DNA of 64,000 bases from Promethearchaeota archaeon (GTDB lineage Archaea; Asgardarchaeota; Lokiarchaeia; Sigyniarchaeales; SOKP01), in NCBI GenBank assembly GCA_048937405.1, contig JBHLNF010000006.1:32001-96000 (forward strand). The letters are read 5' to 3'. Position 1 is the first letter of the stretch; each line of letters begins with the position of its first letter. Position numbers and translations under genes: made by a program. Positions 39,265 through 50,019 of this stretch are shown piece by piece. The notes under the pieces were generated by a model. That model saw nothing but the letters and a program-made list of their open reading frames with translations, was not told where the DNA came from and did not search any database.

Positions 39265-42200
39265 TTGATTCAACGAAAAAAAGAGATAAAACGAATTTTT
39301 GTGGCTTCACTTTTCATCATTGCAATTTTTTTTTCTAATGTTAACTTTCCAAGCAATTATAATACATATCAAAATGATAAAATTGAATCAACTTCAGAGG
39401 ATAATCAATTTAAAGAGATTAATTTGAGCTCCAATCTAAATTTAAGTGATTCTATTACTGGAGTTGGAGATGATCAAAATGTAAGAATTTATGTTAACAA
39501 TAAATCCCAAAATTATAAAAATAATCAAGATTTTTTTGAAATCCCTTCACTTGCTTCGAAAGAAATGGTTCTTACTTATGGGAATTTTAGTTTTGAATTT
39601 CAAAATAATTATACGACGGATTATGTAATAGAAGATGATGATGCCTTATATGTAGATAAAGAAAATACTATAGCTTTTGATTTTAATCCTAGCTATTCAA
39701 ATATATCTTATAATAGTGGTACACCTGTTTATGATGACTTTAGCTTATTAACAGATGATGATGATGATACTTATCTTGAAATAGATTCGACTGGTAGTAT
39801 AATAAATTTCACTATTACAGCAAACTACACTAATACAGAATTTATAATTGATCCCGTAGATAGAAGGGTACAATTTAACAGAACTAACATATTGGCCTTA
39901 ATTTCGAATTTAATTTTCGATCTTAATGCTGATGCAAACCTAACTGTGAGGATAAAGAACATTTCGCAATCGACTTGGGAGGAAGTAATATCTTCACTTC
40001 CAATAAATAGTAGCTTAATTAAACCAGAAATAACAGAAAATATTATTAATGAGAATCTGAATTTTATAAATCTGACAAATATTTGTAATATCCAGTTTAT
40101 TTTTGAAAGACAAAGTGGTAATTTTAAAGCATATCTATATGAATATAAATTAACATCCATATATGCATTCGATTTACCTATAAAAAATGAAACTTATGTA
40201 GCATTAGAGTTTGATTTAAAGGGTGAAGAATCTGCAGTTAATGGTGTTAATTTATGGATAAGGACTCTTAATGTTTCAGAAGCGAGTAAAACACATTTCA
40301 ATATTACTTTATATAGAGCTAATACTACAATTAGAAGAGAAGAATCATTATTAAGACAAAATAGTCTTCGTCCAGACCCAGATAAAGAATTAGATAATAT
40401 TATAGTAGATTCATATAATGGTGATAATTACTCATATTTCGCATTCGATGTTAGTAAAACAGGAAAATTAAATCTTTCTAATTATTTCATCGTAATTAAA
40501 TCTAATAATTCAAACAATGTGTATAGTCTTGTTACTATCCCATATTCTCAATATGGATCAGACGGAGAAACTGAACATCAGTTAAAAATCACTAATGATA
40601 ATGGATATAATTGGATTAATGCTAGAAAAACTATAAAAACAAATAATAAAGATTATTTAACACTACAATTAGATGCAAGCTTATTTACCATAAATGTAAC
40701 CCGAGGTTATATGCCTTCAGATTTTAACATCTCAGGAAGGTATAATCTAACAATTCAAGATTTACCTATAGAAGATTTGGAGGATAGCTCCTCTCCATAT
40801 AATGAAAGTTCATATTTGACATGGGGAATAGGACAATGGATCCATAATTTCACTTATCCTATTAGTGATGAAGGTCTCAATAATTTTACTGTCTCTCTTT
40901 CATGGAATAAAACTAACATAAAGGGATTTCATTTTAATATAACATTATATTCAGTAAATGGATATTGGATTGAAAAAGCTCTTAGTACTTATAGTGCTAA
41001 TTATAATGATAACCCGGAGTGGATTTTTAATTATAATCGAGATAATTCCAGTCAATATTTTACAAACTGGACGTTTTATGAATTATGGTTTATTTATGAA
41101 GATTATTTCAGCGCCCAAAACTTAACAAATCCAGCTAGTCAAGAAATTTTATGGCGCTTAGATGATCAATCATATTTAGATTCTAATCCCAGCAAATATA
41201 AACTAATTGTTCCTAAGAGTTTTTCAAAAAACAGCGGAAATTATTTACTTAATTTAACAAGCTATAATTTCATTCATAAAATGCATAGCTATATTAATTA
41301 TAATGGAACTTTATGGGAAACTAATGGTTTTATGTATGGAGATAATATCTCTATTGGAGTTGAGATTCAGGATCATAATTATAAAGCACCAATAACTGGT
41401 ATTGTTAACGCTACTCTTTTCTACCCAAATGGCACCCGGGTTATCGGAGCAACCTTAAACTCTTCAGATGGTTATATTGATGACTCTACATTAATTTATG
41501 AGTTTGCTAACCGTACAATTTTAAACTTTACAAATAATATTATGGTTTTTGGCCAATATCATTTAGGTTTCTTTTGGTTTAATGGGACAGCAATAGGGTG
41601 TGAGGATATTATATTATACTTAGATACTTATGATGTCGATTTATATAATTTGGAATATAACTCAAATATAAATAAAAATATAATTGATGGAAAAATAGAT
41701 AAAGTTTATCAAAACTTTACATTATTATTAGCCTCTGTTAATGAAACTACAGGACCTTATAATCCTACTTATTATCCAATTAATGACTCTGACATAGATA
41801 CTCAATTAGTTTATGAAATAGGGGATCAAAAAATCCCAATTTTGATTGATGAGTTTAAACAGAGCCAAAATATCTTAAATCCTAATGAAACTGTTGATGT
41901 CAAAGTAACTCTTCGAAATTTATACAATATTTTACCTGTTGATGTAAAAGTTAATGTTAAATTAGTATCATTTGCAAATAATGATTGGATTATAGCTGAA
42001 AACACAAGTAATAGTGTTTTATTAAATTATTCAGGATCATTTAATGATAATTTTGAATATGACATGAAATTAAAGATTCCTAATTTAAATAAATCTACTA
42101 ATATATGGGCAGGTAAAAATAATCCAATAAGATTAGCAGGAGCTAAAACGTTAATTACCGTATTTATCGATGATATTGAAATAGGTACACATGATACGGG

Positions 42201-43383
42201 TAATTATTCATTAATTAGTAGTGAAACAAGCGATAATTATGATGGTCATATAATAGCGTTAAAAATTAATGAACAAATGACGGCTAAAAATTTACTTAAT
42301 GACTTTGAGAGAGATGAGTGTTTATATTTTCCTTATGAAACTTCATTTTTGGTTAATATCTTTGATAAAAACTATTTAAGTACTTATGAACAATGTAGTG
42401 AGGAGTTTTCTTTAATGCTAAATAGCAAATTTGTCAATATTACAATTAATCCAGAAACTCCAATCAAAGGACAAACTTTTAATATTACCTCAATATTGAC
42501 TACAGAATTTGAAATTGGTTTAGCAAATAAAAATATAAATCTTCAATATTATAATTCCGATTCATGGATTAATTTAAGTTCAGCTACATCTAATTCTATT
42601 GGTCTAATTTCTTTTATAGTAAATACTCAACTTATTGATTTTGAAGGAGATTTATTAATAAGATTAGTATGGGCTGGAGATATCATAAACGGTGTATCTA
42701 AAAATATACCAATAAATATCATCCATCAAACTAACCAAATTTCAATTACTATCGATAAAAAATCAGATCGTTTGTACCAAAAAAGAGATGAAATTATTAG
42801 TATTACAATTAAAAATATTGGTGATTCAAATCTAAGAATATTGAATAACTTCTCGTTTGATTTCAATCGCACATTATCTTACTCAATAATATCAATTGAT
42901 TATTTAAAACTAGAAAAAATTTCACCTGGAGAAAGTACAGTTTTGATTTTAGAAATTGATACAAGAAACATTAAGAACTTAACTATTGCAACTTCAGTTA
43001 CTACTCAAAACATTTTGACAAATGAATCAAAAACTATCACATCAAAAACTTCATTTAAAGTCTATTCAGCACAGTTTTTTGATAGTCTTATAGAATACTT
43101 TATAATTATAATTGGAATAATCTTTGCTGTAATCTGGGTAAGTGCTATATTTTATGCTTGGAAAACTAAAAAACGAATCGAAACACCAATCGAGGAACCA
43201 GTCAAAAAAAGGACAAGAAGACAAAAATATGTTCCTGTTTCTGAATTAAAAAAACCTACTTTACCCAAAAAACCTCTCAAGAAAAAAGAAGAACCAAAAG
43301 AAATTCAAGAAAAGGAAAAAACAGATCTAGATTCACTTTTAGAAGAGAGAGGACTAGCTGATAAAAAGAAGAAAACTAAATGA
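39265..43383 (+). CDS. Large membrane-anchored surface glycoprotein (1372 aa)
   Basis: Signal peptide, Asn-rich beta-type ectodomain with many N-x-S/T sequons, C-terminal TM, Lys/Pro/Glu-rich cytoplasmic tail. Confidence 0.75.
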   Translation: MIQRKKEIKRIFVASLFIIAIFFSNVNFPSNYNTYQNDKIESTSEDNQFKEINLSSNLNLSDSITGVGDDQNVRIYVNNKSQNYKNNQDFFEIPSLASKEMVLTYGNFSFEFQNNYTTDYVIEDDDALYVDKENTIAFDFNPSYSNISYNSGTPVYDDFSLLTDDDDDTYLEIDSTGSIINFTITANYTNTEFIIDPVDRRVQFNRTNILALISNLIFDLNADANLTVRIKNISQSTWEEVISSLPINSSLIKPEITENIINENLNFINLTNICNIQFIFERQSGNFKAYLYEYKLTSIYAFDLPIKNETYVALEFDLKGEESAVNGVNLWIRTLNVSEASKTHFNITLYRANTTIRREESLLRQNSLRPDPDKELDNIIVDSYNGDNYSYFAFDVSKTGKLNLSNYFIVIKSNNSNNVYSLVTIPYSQYGSDGETEHQLKITNDNGYNWINARKTIKTNNKDYLTLQLDASLFTINVTRGYMPSDFNISGRYNLTIQDLPIEDLEDSSSPYNESSYLTWGIGQWIHNFTYPISDEGLNNFTVSLSWNKTNIKGFHFNITLYSVNGYWIEKALSTYSANYNDNPEWIFNYNRDNSSQYFTNWTFYELWFIYEDYFSAQNLTNPASQEILWRLDDQSYLDSNPSKYKLIVPKSFSKNSGNYLLNLTSYNFIHKMHSYINYNGTLWETNGFMYGDNISIGVEIQDHNYKAPITGIVNATLFYPNGTRVIGATLNSSDGYIDDSTLIYEFANRTILNFTNNIMVFGQYHLGFFWFNGTAIGCEDIILYLDTYDVDLYNLEYNSNINKNIIDGKIDKVYQNFTLLLASVNETTGPYNPTYYPINDSDIDTQLVYEIGDQKIPILIDEFKQSQNILNPNETVDVKVTLRNLYNILPVDVKVNVKLVSFANNDWIIAENTSNSVLLNYSGSFNDNFEYDMKLKIPNLNKSTNIWAGKNNPIRLAGAKTLITVFIDDIEIGTHDTGNYSLISSETSDNYDGHIIALKINEQMTAKNLLNDFERDECLYFPYETSFLVNIFDKNYLSTYEQCSEEFSLMLNSKFVNITINPETPIKGQTFNITSILTTEFEIGLANKNINLQYYNSDSWINLSSATSNSIGLISFIVNTQLIDFEGDLLIRLVWAGDIINGVSKNIPINIIHQTNQISITIDKKSDRLYQKRDEIISITIKNIGDSNLRILNNFSFDFNRTLSYSIISIDYLKLEKISPGESTVLILEIDTRNIKNLTIATSVTTQNILTNESKTITSKTSFKVYSAQFFDSLIEYFIIIIGIIFAVIWVSAIFYAWKTKKRIETPIEEPVKKRTRRQKYVPVSELKKPTLPKKPLKKKEEPKEIQEKEKTDLDSLLEERGLADKKKKTK

Positions 43384-43443
43384 ATGTAAGTATTCTCTAA
43401 ATTTTTACTTTTTTCTTTTAAAAAAGGAAAAATTAAATTTATT

Positions 43444-43797
43444 TTATAAGTTTGATATTGAGATTAAGTTTCTTTTTAAAAGAGCGAGAGAACTTCTACC
43501 ATCAACCCCGGCTAACGCAATTAATACAGTCTTCTCTGATCCTACCAAAACCGCAAAACCTTTGTCTAATTCGATGGTTGTCGTTTTTAAGCCACCTTTG
43601 CCAATATCCTTGCCCAAATTATTGGAATCTTTTATAATTGCGGCACATGCCTTTGCAATCTTTCCATGATCCATGTCAGTAATCGTTTGCCCGATTAATA
43701 CTTTTCCATTCGCATCTGCAGCGATTAATCCTTCTGTTTCAGGAACTATATCCATAAGCTCTGCTAATTTCTGTTCTAGAACTTTTTTATCAGCCAT
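43444..43797 (-). CDS. Roadblock/LC7 domain protein
   Basis: L..L....PETEGLIAADANG...; helix/strand pattern ending LALLKRNL. Confidence 0.8.
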   Translation of the reverse strand: MADKKVLEQKLAELMDIVPETEGLIAADANGKVLIGQTITDMDHGKIAKACAAIIKDSNNLGKDIGKGGLKTTTIELDKGFAVLVGSEKTVLIALAGVDGRSSLALLKRNLISISNL

Positions 43798-43944
43798 GAT
43801 AAGTATCTCAACAAAATTATTTAAATTAATTTGAATTCTGAAATTCTTAAAAAAAACATTTCATTTAAATATAGATTAAATATAGAGTTTAAGGCATTTA
43901 AATTTATCAAATATATATAAAAAGGAAAAGTGAAAAATAACATA

Positions 43945-44229
43945 TTATTTCAATATTATTAAAATCAAATTTTCTTCGAGAGCAACCATTGTTTCACCTT
44001 TAGATGTTTCTAACCTTATAAAGTTGAGATCCCCTTCTTTCAATGCTTCAACAACTTGTCTTCCCTTCCCTATAAGTGATGTTACATAAGCAGCAACTGA
44101 TTCTGAGAGTTCTATCTCTAAATTTGAATCAATAGGGAGACCACTAGAATCGCAAATAATAACCCCACGAATACCCTCTCTTTCTTCGAAACGTCGGATA
44201 ATAGCTTTCACTTCAGCACGATTAATCAA
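43945..44229 (-). CDS. Roadblock/LC7 domain protein
   Basis: EGIRGVIICDSSGLPIDS...LNFIRLETSKGE, resembling dynein light chain roadblock. Confidence 0.88.
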   Translation of the reverse strand: MINRAEVKAIIRRFEEREGIRGVIICDSSGLPIDSNLEIELSESVAAYVTSLIGKGRQVVEALKEGDLNFIRLETSKGETMVALEENLILIILK

Positions 44230-44484
44230 GAATATTTACACCTTAAGAATAATATTCTAAATTTTTAATATTATAATAGATTTAAAGTTTTTAAAAATTT
44301 AGATATACTTCTACATAAATTATCTCTATTTTTTTTTTAATTTTATTAAAATCTAAAAACATTTGAGAATAACTAATGAATTTTTTATAAAAATTTTTGA
44401 ATAATAATTTAATAATTATTAGTTAAATCCATTATTTTGGTTGTTATTACCTTAAAATGTAATGATTTAAGAATTCTTTAAGAA

Positions 44485-44915
44485 AAATAAATATAACAAA
44501 CATTCTTGCATGTGTTATTATCATTAGATTCTTTACTGCTAGTTTTGCATTATTTTTTGTAAATTTAAGAAATCAATTTGAAAAAAATTCAGCTTTAAAA
44601 ATTGGGTTTGTTGATAAACAAAGTATTGAAATTGAAGGGTATCCTCTAAGGATCAAGCAAGGCATAAACATCAATCTAAAAGGGTCCTTACCCGATTCTT
44701 GTTGTCGTCTTAGATATTATAAACTTGATATATGCCCTTAAGAAAAAATAGTTGAATATTCCCTCTATTATGCGGCTCCATCTAATAATCTTTGTATGGA
44801 TATGATTATGGGATTTGAATATAAATTTACAATTTCTTTACCATCATCTGGTGAATGGATGATAATATGTAATAATCGAAATATCAATGTTAGAATAGAT
44901 AATTATGTTATCTAA
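44485..44915 (+). pseudogene. Disrupted gene for a membrane-anchored Cys-containing secreted protein
   Basis: Long frame KINITNILACVIII...KGSLPDSCC...DICP*EKIVEY...LCMDMIMGF...SGEWMIICN...VI*, with an in-frame TAA at 44739-44741 and no clear start. Confidence 0.55.
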
Positions 44916-44965
44916 AAAAAGAATTCTTATAGAAATCATGTAAATATGGTTATTCTCAATTATAT

Positions 44966-45601
44966 TCAAAGAAAGTAATTTTTAAACATGTTTAATTCTC
45001 TTTCTTCTCCAACTGAAGTAATACCCATATGACCTGGTAATATTAAAAAATTATCGGTAATTTCTGGATTAAACATTATTTTGTTCTTTATACTAGAAAA
45101 TAAAAGTTTTGAATCACCACCTCTAAGATCAGATCGACCGATACTACGCTTAAAAATTAAATCGCCCGTGAAAATTACTCCTTCAATTTTTTGACCATCA
45201 TATTCTTTTGGATCTTTTGAATAAAATGAAAGTGCTCCAGGAGAATGACCAGGTGTTTCAAGTACATTTAGTGTTATTTCTCCAATGTTCACAGAGTCTC
45301 CTTCTGAAAGCCACCTATCGGCTTTTTTATTGGTATAAATACCGAAATCGAATTCTTTTTTATTATACATTAGGGGAATGCTAAAATGTTTTAATAATCT
45401 TCCAAGCTTTAAAGTATGATCAAAATGTCCGTGCGTTAATAATAAACCAATGGGTTTTACATAGAGTTTTGTTTCAATAACATTTATGAATGTCTCAGGA
45501 TCACCTCCTACATCGATAATAACGACTTCCTTAGTTTTCTTTGAACCAAATATGTAGGAGTTAGTACCTAAAGGGCCCACAATTAATCTTTTCAATATCA
45601 A
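44966..45601 (-). CDS. MBL-fold metallo-hydrolase (glyoxalase II-like)
   Basis: THGHFDH, TPGHSPG, FTGDLIF, PGHM. Confidence 0.92.
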   Translation of the reverse strand: MILKRLIVGPLGTNSYIFGSKKTKEVVIIDVGGDPETFINVIETKLYVKPIGLLLTHGHFDHTLKLGRLLKHFSIPLMYNKKEFDFGIYTNKKADRWLSEGDSVNIGEITLNVLETPGHSPGALSFYSKDPKEYDGQKIEGVIFTGDLIFKRSIGRSDLRGGDSKLLFSSIKNKIMFNPEITDNFLILPGHMGITSVGEERELNMFKNYFL

Positions 45602-45648
45602 AAATATTACACTTTTGCCAGAATTAGAGATTAAAAAAAATAAAGGAT

Positions 45649-45933
45649 TTAATTTTTTACCATTTCATTAATTTCGTTCAATTTATTGTATACTTCTAAT
45701 CCCTTCTTTGTTAGTCTTATTGTTTTTACTTTGCTAGTGTTTTCTATAGTAATCAATCCTTTTCTAATCAATTCATCTTTTATTCGAAAAAACGAATTAT
45801 AATAGCTGAATTTATTTAGTTCATTATAGAATGTATGTTTATCAGTTTTATAATCCTTTTGGTTCATAAGAACATGGAATGTGTCTTTAAAACCTTTCTT
45901 TTTCAATAACCCTATTAAGTCTTCAAAAATCAA
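45649..45933 (-). CDS. Small winged-helix DNA-binding protein
   Basis: L.RKGLI.......IRLTKKGLEVY wing motif. Confidence 0.7.
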   Translation of the reverse strand: MIFEDLIGLLKKKGFKDTFHVLMNQKDYKTDKHTFYNELNKFSYYNSFFRIKDELIRKGLITIENTSKVKTIRLTKKGLEVYNKLNEINEMVKN

Positions 45934-46057
45934 AATCTTATCCCTAATTAAAATGTTTGTAATGTTAGACTATTTTGTAATGGAAAATTAAAAACCATTA
46001 AAAAACCTTTTGATTCATAATGTAATAATAATAACAGTTAAATTTGATGATTTTTAG

Positions 46058-46336
46058 ATGCTTTTTTTTACAATTCCAAAAAAACAAGAGAAAAGGAATG
46101 AGATAAATTTAAATATAATTTCTAAAATAATCATAATTAGTAATTTAGAGATAATCCGAGCACAATACAAAAATAATCCAAAAATGATTAAAAAAATTAG
46201 TTCTGATATTATTAGAAGTATTGAGAGAATTAATAAACAAATTAATAAGATTCCATCTCTAAATCACGATAAAATTATTGAGAGAATTTTAGAAAGTTTT
46301 ATTGAGATTTTTAAAAAAAAAAGAAAGAATGATTAA
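46058..46336 (+). CDS. Hypothetical protein (doubtful)
   Basis: 92-aa Ile/Lys-rich ORF without motifs. Confidence 0.3.
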   Translation: MLFFTIPKKQEKRNEINLNIISKIIIISNLEIIRAQYKNNPKMIKKISSDIIRSIERINKQINKIPSLNHDKIIERILESFIEIFKKKRKND

Positions 46337-46397
46337 CTATTCTGTATCTGTAGAAACTACATAATTTTCTTATCTCTCTCTACCGTTAATTTCTTAA

Positions 46398-47315
46398 TTG
46401 TTTGATTTTTTTATTATTCAATCTATGAATGTTGAATCTACGGATCTAGTTATTTTAGGGCATATAGCAAAAGATATTATTTCAGTTGATAGAAAAAGCT
46501 TTGATTCTCTAGGGGGGGCTGTTTATTATGGTGGACTAGCTGGTAGTCATATGGGTCTCAAAATAACGATTATCACAAGATTAAATGAAGCAGATTTTGA
46601 ATTATTAAATGTTTTTAAGAAAAATGGAATTGCCTATTATGCTTATCCTTCTGAGCAAACGTCAGGTTTAAAAAACATTTATTCCTCAACAAACATGGAA
46701 TTTAGAGAATATCGTCCTTTAGGATTTGCAGGTCTTTTCAAAAAAGAAGAAATTCCAGAAATAAATACAAAATTTTTTGTTATCAGTCCAATTATTGTTG
46801 GTGAAATTGATTTAGAATTATTAAAGTATATAAAGAAGAAGTATCCCGGAAAATTATGTCTTGATATCCAGGGATTTATTAGATTTAGAAATGAGAGTAA
46901 AGTCTTTTATTCCTCTTTATCTCTAGAAGAGAAAAAAGAGATTCTATCAGATGTCCAAGTTTTAAAACTTGATCAGATCGAAGCTGAAATTCTTATAAAA
47001 CAGGATTCCATTGTAAATGCTGCTAAAGAATTATTAACTTTTGGTCCTAAGGAAATTCTTATTACTTTTCAAAAAGGAATTTCTGTATTTACATCTAAAA
47101 ATTCCTACTTTTTTCCTTGGAAAAATAATTCATCAGTTGGAAGAACTGGTAGAGGAGATACTGCTTTTATTAGTTATTTAGGTTCCAGAATTACAAAAAA
47201 TATTGAACAATCATTAAAATTTGCTGCTGCTTTAACATCTCTTAAGCTTGAACATCCTGGACCATTTAATTTACCACTTCATTTAGTTAAAGATTTAATT
47301 AAAAAGGAATATTGA
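46398..47315 (+). CDS. PfkB family carbohydrate kinase
   Basis: GHIAKD, GGAVYYG, LDIQG, GRTGRGDT anion-hole motif. Confidence 0.88.
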   Translation: MFDFFIIQSMNVESTDLVILGHIAKDIISVDRKSFDSLGGAVYYGGLAGSHMGLKITIITRLNEADFELLNVFKKNGIAYYAYPSEQTSGLKNIYSSTNMEFREYRPLGFAGLFKKEEIPEINTKFFVISPIIVGEIDLELLKYIKKKYPGKLCLDIQGFIRFRNESKVFYSSLSLEEKKEILSDVQVLKLDQIEAEILIKQDSIVNAAKELLTFGPKEILITFQKGISVFTSKNSYFFPWKNNSSVGRTGRGDTAFISYLGSRITKNIEQSLKFAAALTSLKLEHPGPFNLPLHLVKDLIKKEY

Positions 47316-47322
47316 TGATGAT

Positions 47323-48075
47323 ATGAGAATTGGTGGAATAATTGATATTTCAACAAAAGATATTCCACATCAATCAAGTATGGTAATTTTTACCATAGGT
47401 TGTAATTTAAATTGTGGGTTTTGCCATAATAAGCATTTATTAAACATGCAAGGAGGGCATGATATAGGAGTTAATGAGTTAGTTGACAATGTAAAAAGCA
47501 ATTCATTAGTTAGTGGAGTAAGTATTAGTGGAGGAGAACCCACACTTCAAAATGATTTGTTAGATTTATGTAGAAAAATAAATAAACTTGGAAAATATGT
47601 AAGTATTGACACTAATGGCACAAATCCAGAAGTTATACAAAAACTCTTACCATATATTAATAGGATTGCTTTAGATTTAAAAAGTCCTTTAAAATCTCAA
47701 AGACTTCGGGAAATTACAAGAAGTAATGTTGATCCAGAATTAATTAAACGTACTATCAAAATTGTTAATAAAAGAGAAGAGATCGATTTTGAAATACGAA
47801 CCACTTATGTCGGAAATTTAATGAATCCTAATGATATTCATGAGATTATAATTTTTCTCAAGAAAGCCCAATTTAAAGGCAATTTTGTGCTACAACAATA
47901 TCAATATTCAGAACATGTTGGTGAGAAATATAAAGAAATTTATTATATTCCTGAGCATATATCACTACTTAAAATTCTTAAAAATTATATAAATTCAAAA
48001 CTTCTGTTTAAAATATACATTAGAGATAATGTGGTTGGATATTCAAATATTAATGATATTAAAGATCAATTGTAA
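47323..48075 (+). CDS. Glycyl-radical activating radical SAM enzyme (anaerobic RNR activase-like)
   Basis: GCNLNCGFCHN, SGGEPTLQ, DTNG, LDLK, EIRTT. Confidence 0.88.
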   Translation: MRIGGIIDISTKDIPHQSSMVIFTIGCNLNCGFCHNKHLLNMQGGHDIGVNELVDNVKSNSLVSGVSISGGEPTLQNDLLDLCRKINKLGKYVSIDTNGTNPEVIQKLLPYINRIALDLKSPLKSQRLREITRSNVDPELIKRTIKIVNKREEIDFEIRTTYVGNLMNPNDIHEIIIFLKKAQFKGNFVLQQYQYSEHVGEKYKEIYYIPEHISLLKILKNYINSKLLFKIYIRDNVVGYSNINDIKDQL

Positions 48076-48191
48076 AATATAAGAGTTTTTTATAGAACTA
48101 TTGAGACTTTTTTTATTGATTATTTATATTTTACTTTACTATGTTTACATGAAAAATATATACCATTTATTATCATCTTTAATTAAAGAAA

Positions 48192-48695
48192 TTGACAAAT
48201 TGTTATCATTGTAAAAACAAGATAGGAGATATTCCCTATCAATGTAAATTTTGCGGTATGGTTTTTTGTAATAAGCATAGACTGCCAGAAAATCATTTGT
48301 GTCCTTTTGATTTAAGAAAGAAAAATATTAATAGAGATTCTTTGGAGGATTCTCATTTACTTTACCAAGATGCTCTTGATTTTATGAATGGAGAGTTAAC
48401 AGTTGATAAAATCTATAATTATGTAACCACTAAATCGATGTCCAGATCAGAAGCAATCAATCTATTAGGTTATTTCATAGAAAATAGTGATGATAGCGAA
48501 ATAAGAAAGAACAGTATTCTTGCCTTTAAGGTATTAGAATTAAAAGATGATAAAGTTTTTAATGTATTAGAAAGTTGCCTTCTTTCAGACGAAGATTCAG
48601 AGGTAAAAAAAAAAGCAACAGAAATAATTGCTTATATATTTCCCAGAAAAAGTAAAGAATTACTGAATTGGCTTAGTAAACAGGATAAATTTTAA
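48192..48695 (+). CDS. AN1-type zinc finger plus HEAT repeat protein
   Basis: CYHC...YQCKFCGMVFCNKHRLPENHLC; D.DSEIRK and DEDSEVKKKA HEAT units. Confidence 0.85.
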   Translation: MTNCYHCKNKIGDIPYQCKFCGMVFCNKHRLPENHLCPFDLRKKNINRDSLEDSHLLYQDALDFMNGELTVDKIYNYVTTKSMSRSEAINLLGYFIENSDDSEIRKNSILAFKVLELKDDKVFNVLESCLLSDEDSEVKKKATEIIAYIFPRKSKELLNWLSKQDKF

Positions 48696-48738
48696 AAAGA
48701 TATAAATGAAAAATGATTACAAACATGGTTTATTTTCT

Positions 48739-50019
48739 TTATATTTCAGTCTGGGATAAATCAACTTTAATTTCCTTGATTTCAAATTCATTCTTACCTT
48801 TATTTTTTATTTGTAAATAAGTTATCCACCAAAATATTAATGCTATTATAATTCCTATTATTGAACAATAAAGAATTAGGTTTGGCACCCCTAATAATTC
48901 TCCTAAAGGTCCGGCAAGAATCGTCGCAATTGGAGATATTGCCATCGATAAAGCGTAATCAATAGAAGATATTCTCCCCATCTTATCAGCTGGTACTTTT
49001 AGCTGCATGGTAGTTAAATATATTGTGTTAATGATTGGAATTACTAATCCATAAAAGGCAACCACTATAGCCATATATATAAAATAACCATGAGGGGAAA
49101 CTGCAAAAATTCCAATAGTTAACATTATAATTAATTCTCCCATGAAATAAATTGAAACACTATGTTTCCAACTTTTTTTGATTGAAGAAATTAATGCACC
49201 TAATATCATTCCACCATATAAAAATGCTATAACAAATGCTAAATCTGTAGCAGTACCAGAATGATTGAAATATATAAAATAAGGTAAAAGAAGACTAAAT
49301 GGTCTCATTAAAAAATTTACAAACATTGCTATTAAGAGCATCATAAAGACAACAGGAATTAATCTTAAAGTCTTAAAACCAATTTTAAGATCGTTAATAA
49401 ATGAATTTTTCTTTTTCGATATCATTTCTGGCTTAATTAATGGAATTTTAATAAAAAATAATGGTATTAAAGCAATTAGGAATGTTATTGGATCTATCCA
49501 CAGTATTATCTTTATAGGAAATAGAGCTAGAAGCATTGCAGACATAATTGGTGCTAGAATTTGAAGAAAACTTGTTAATAGAAAATTAACACCATTCATT
49601 CTACTTAATTTATCCTTTGGAATCATCGTAGGAACAATAGCACTTACAGTAGGTATATGAAAGCCTTGGAATGTCCCTAAAAATGCGTTCATTATTATTA
49701 TCAAAATTGGATTTACTATCTCTAAATTAAATAAAATAATTATTATTAGTGTGACAAAAGCTTGAAGAGAATCTGCAATGATTATAATTTTTTTTCGGTT
49801 CCATCTATCTGTAATTACACCAGCAATAAGAAATACAATAGTTAATGGTAAAAGGTAAGCAAAACTGGCTAATGAAAGAATAGTTGGACTTTCATAAACA
49901 ATTGTTAACCACCAAACTATTATGAACTGCGTAATAGATGAGCCTAATATTGAAAATAACTGCCCTACCCAAAAAAATACATAACTTTTAAAAGTATCCT
50001 TATTTGCTGTTTCTTCTAT
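48739..50019 (-). CDS. MFS transporter (DHA3/macrolide-efflux-like)
   Basis: Track ORF (to 49704) extends in frame to ATA at 50019, adding FWVGQLFSILGSSITQFIIVWWL...AGVITDRWNRKKIIIIAD; about 426 aa in total. Confidence 0.85.
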   Translation of the reverse strand: MEETANKDTFKSYVFFWVGQLFSILGSSITQFIIVWWLTIVYESPTILSLASFAYLLPLTIVFLIAGVITDRWNRKKIIIIADSLQAFVTLIIIILFNLEIVNPILIIIMNAFLGTFQGFHIPTVSAIVPTMIPKDKLSRMNGVNFLLTSFLQILAPIMSAMLLALFPIKIILWIDPITFLIALIPLFFIKIPLIKPEMISKKKNSFINDLKIGFKTLRLIPVVFMMLLIAMFVNFLMRPFSLLLPYFIYFNHSGTATDLAFVIAFLYGGMILGALISSIKKSWKHSVSIYFMGELIIMLTIGIFAVSPHGYFIYMAIVVAFYGLVIPIINTIYLTTMQLKVPADKMGRISSIDYALSMAISPIATILAGPLGELLGVPNLILYCSIIGIIIALIFWWITYLQIKNKGKNEFEIKEIKVDLSQTEI

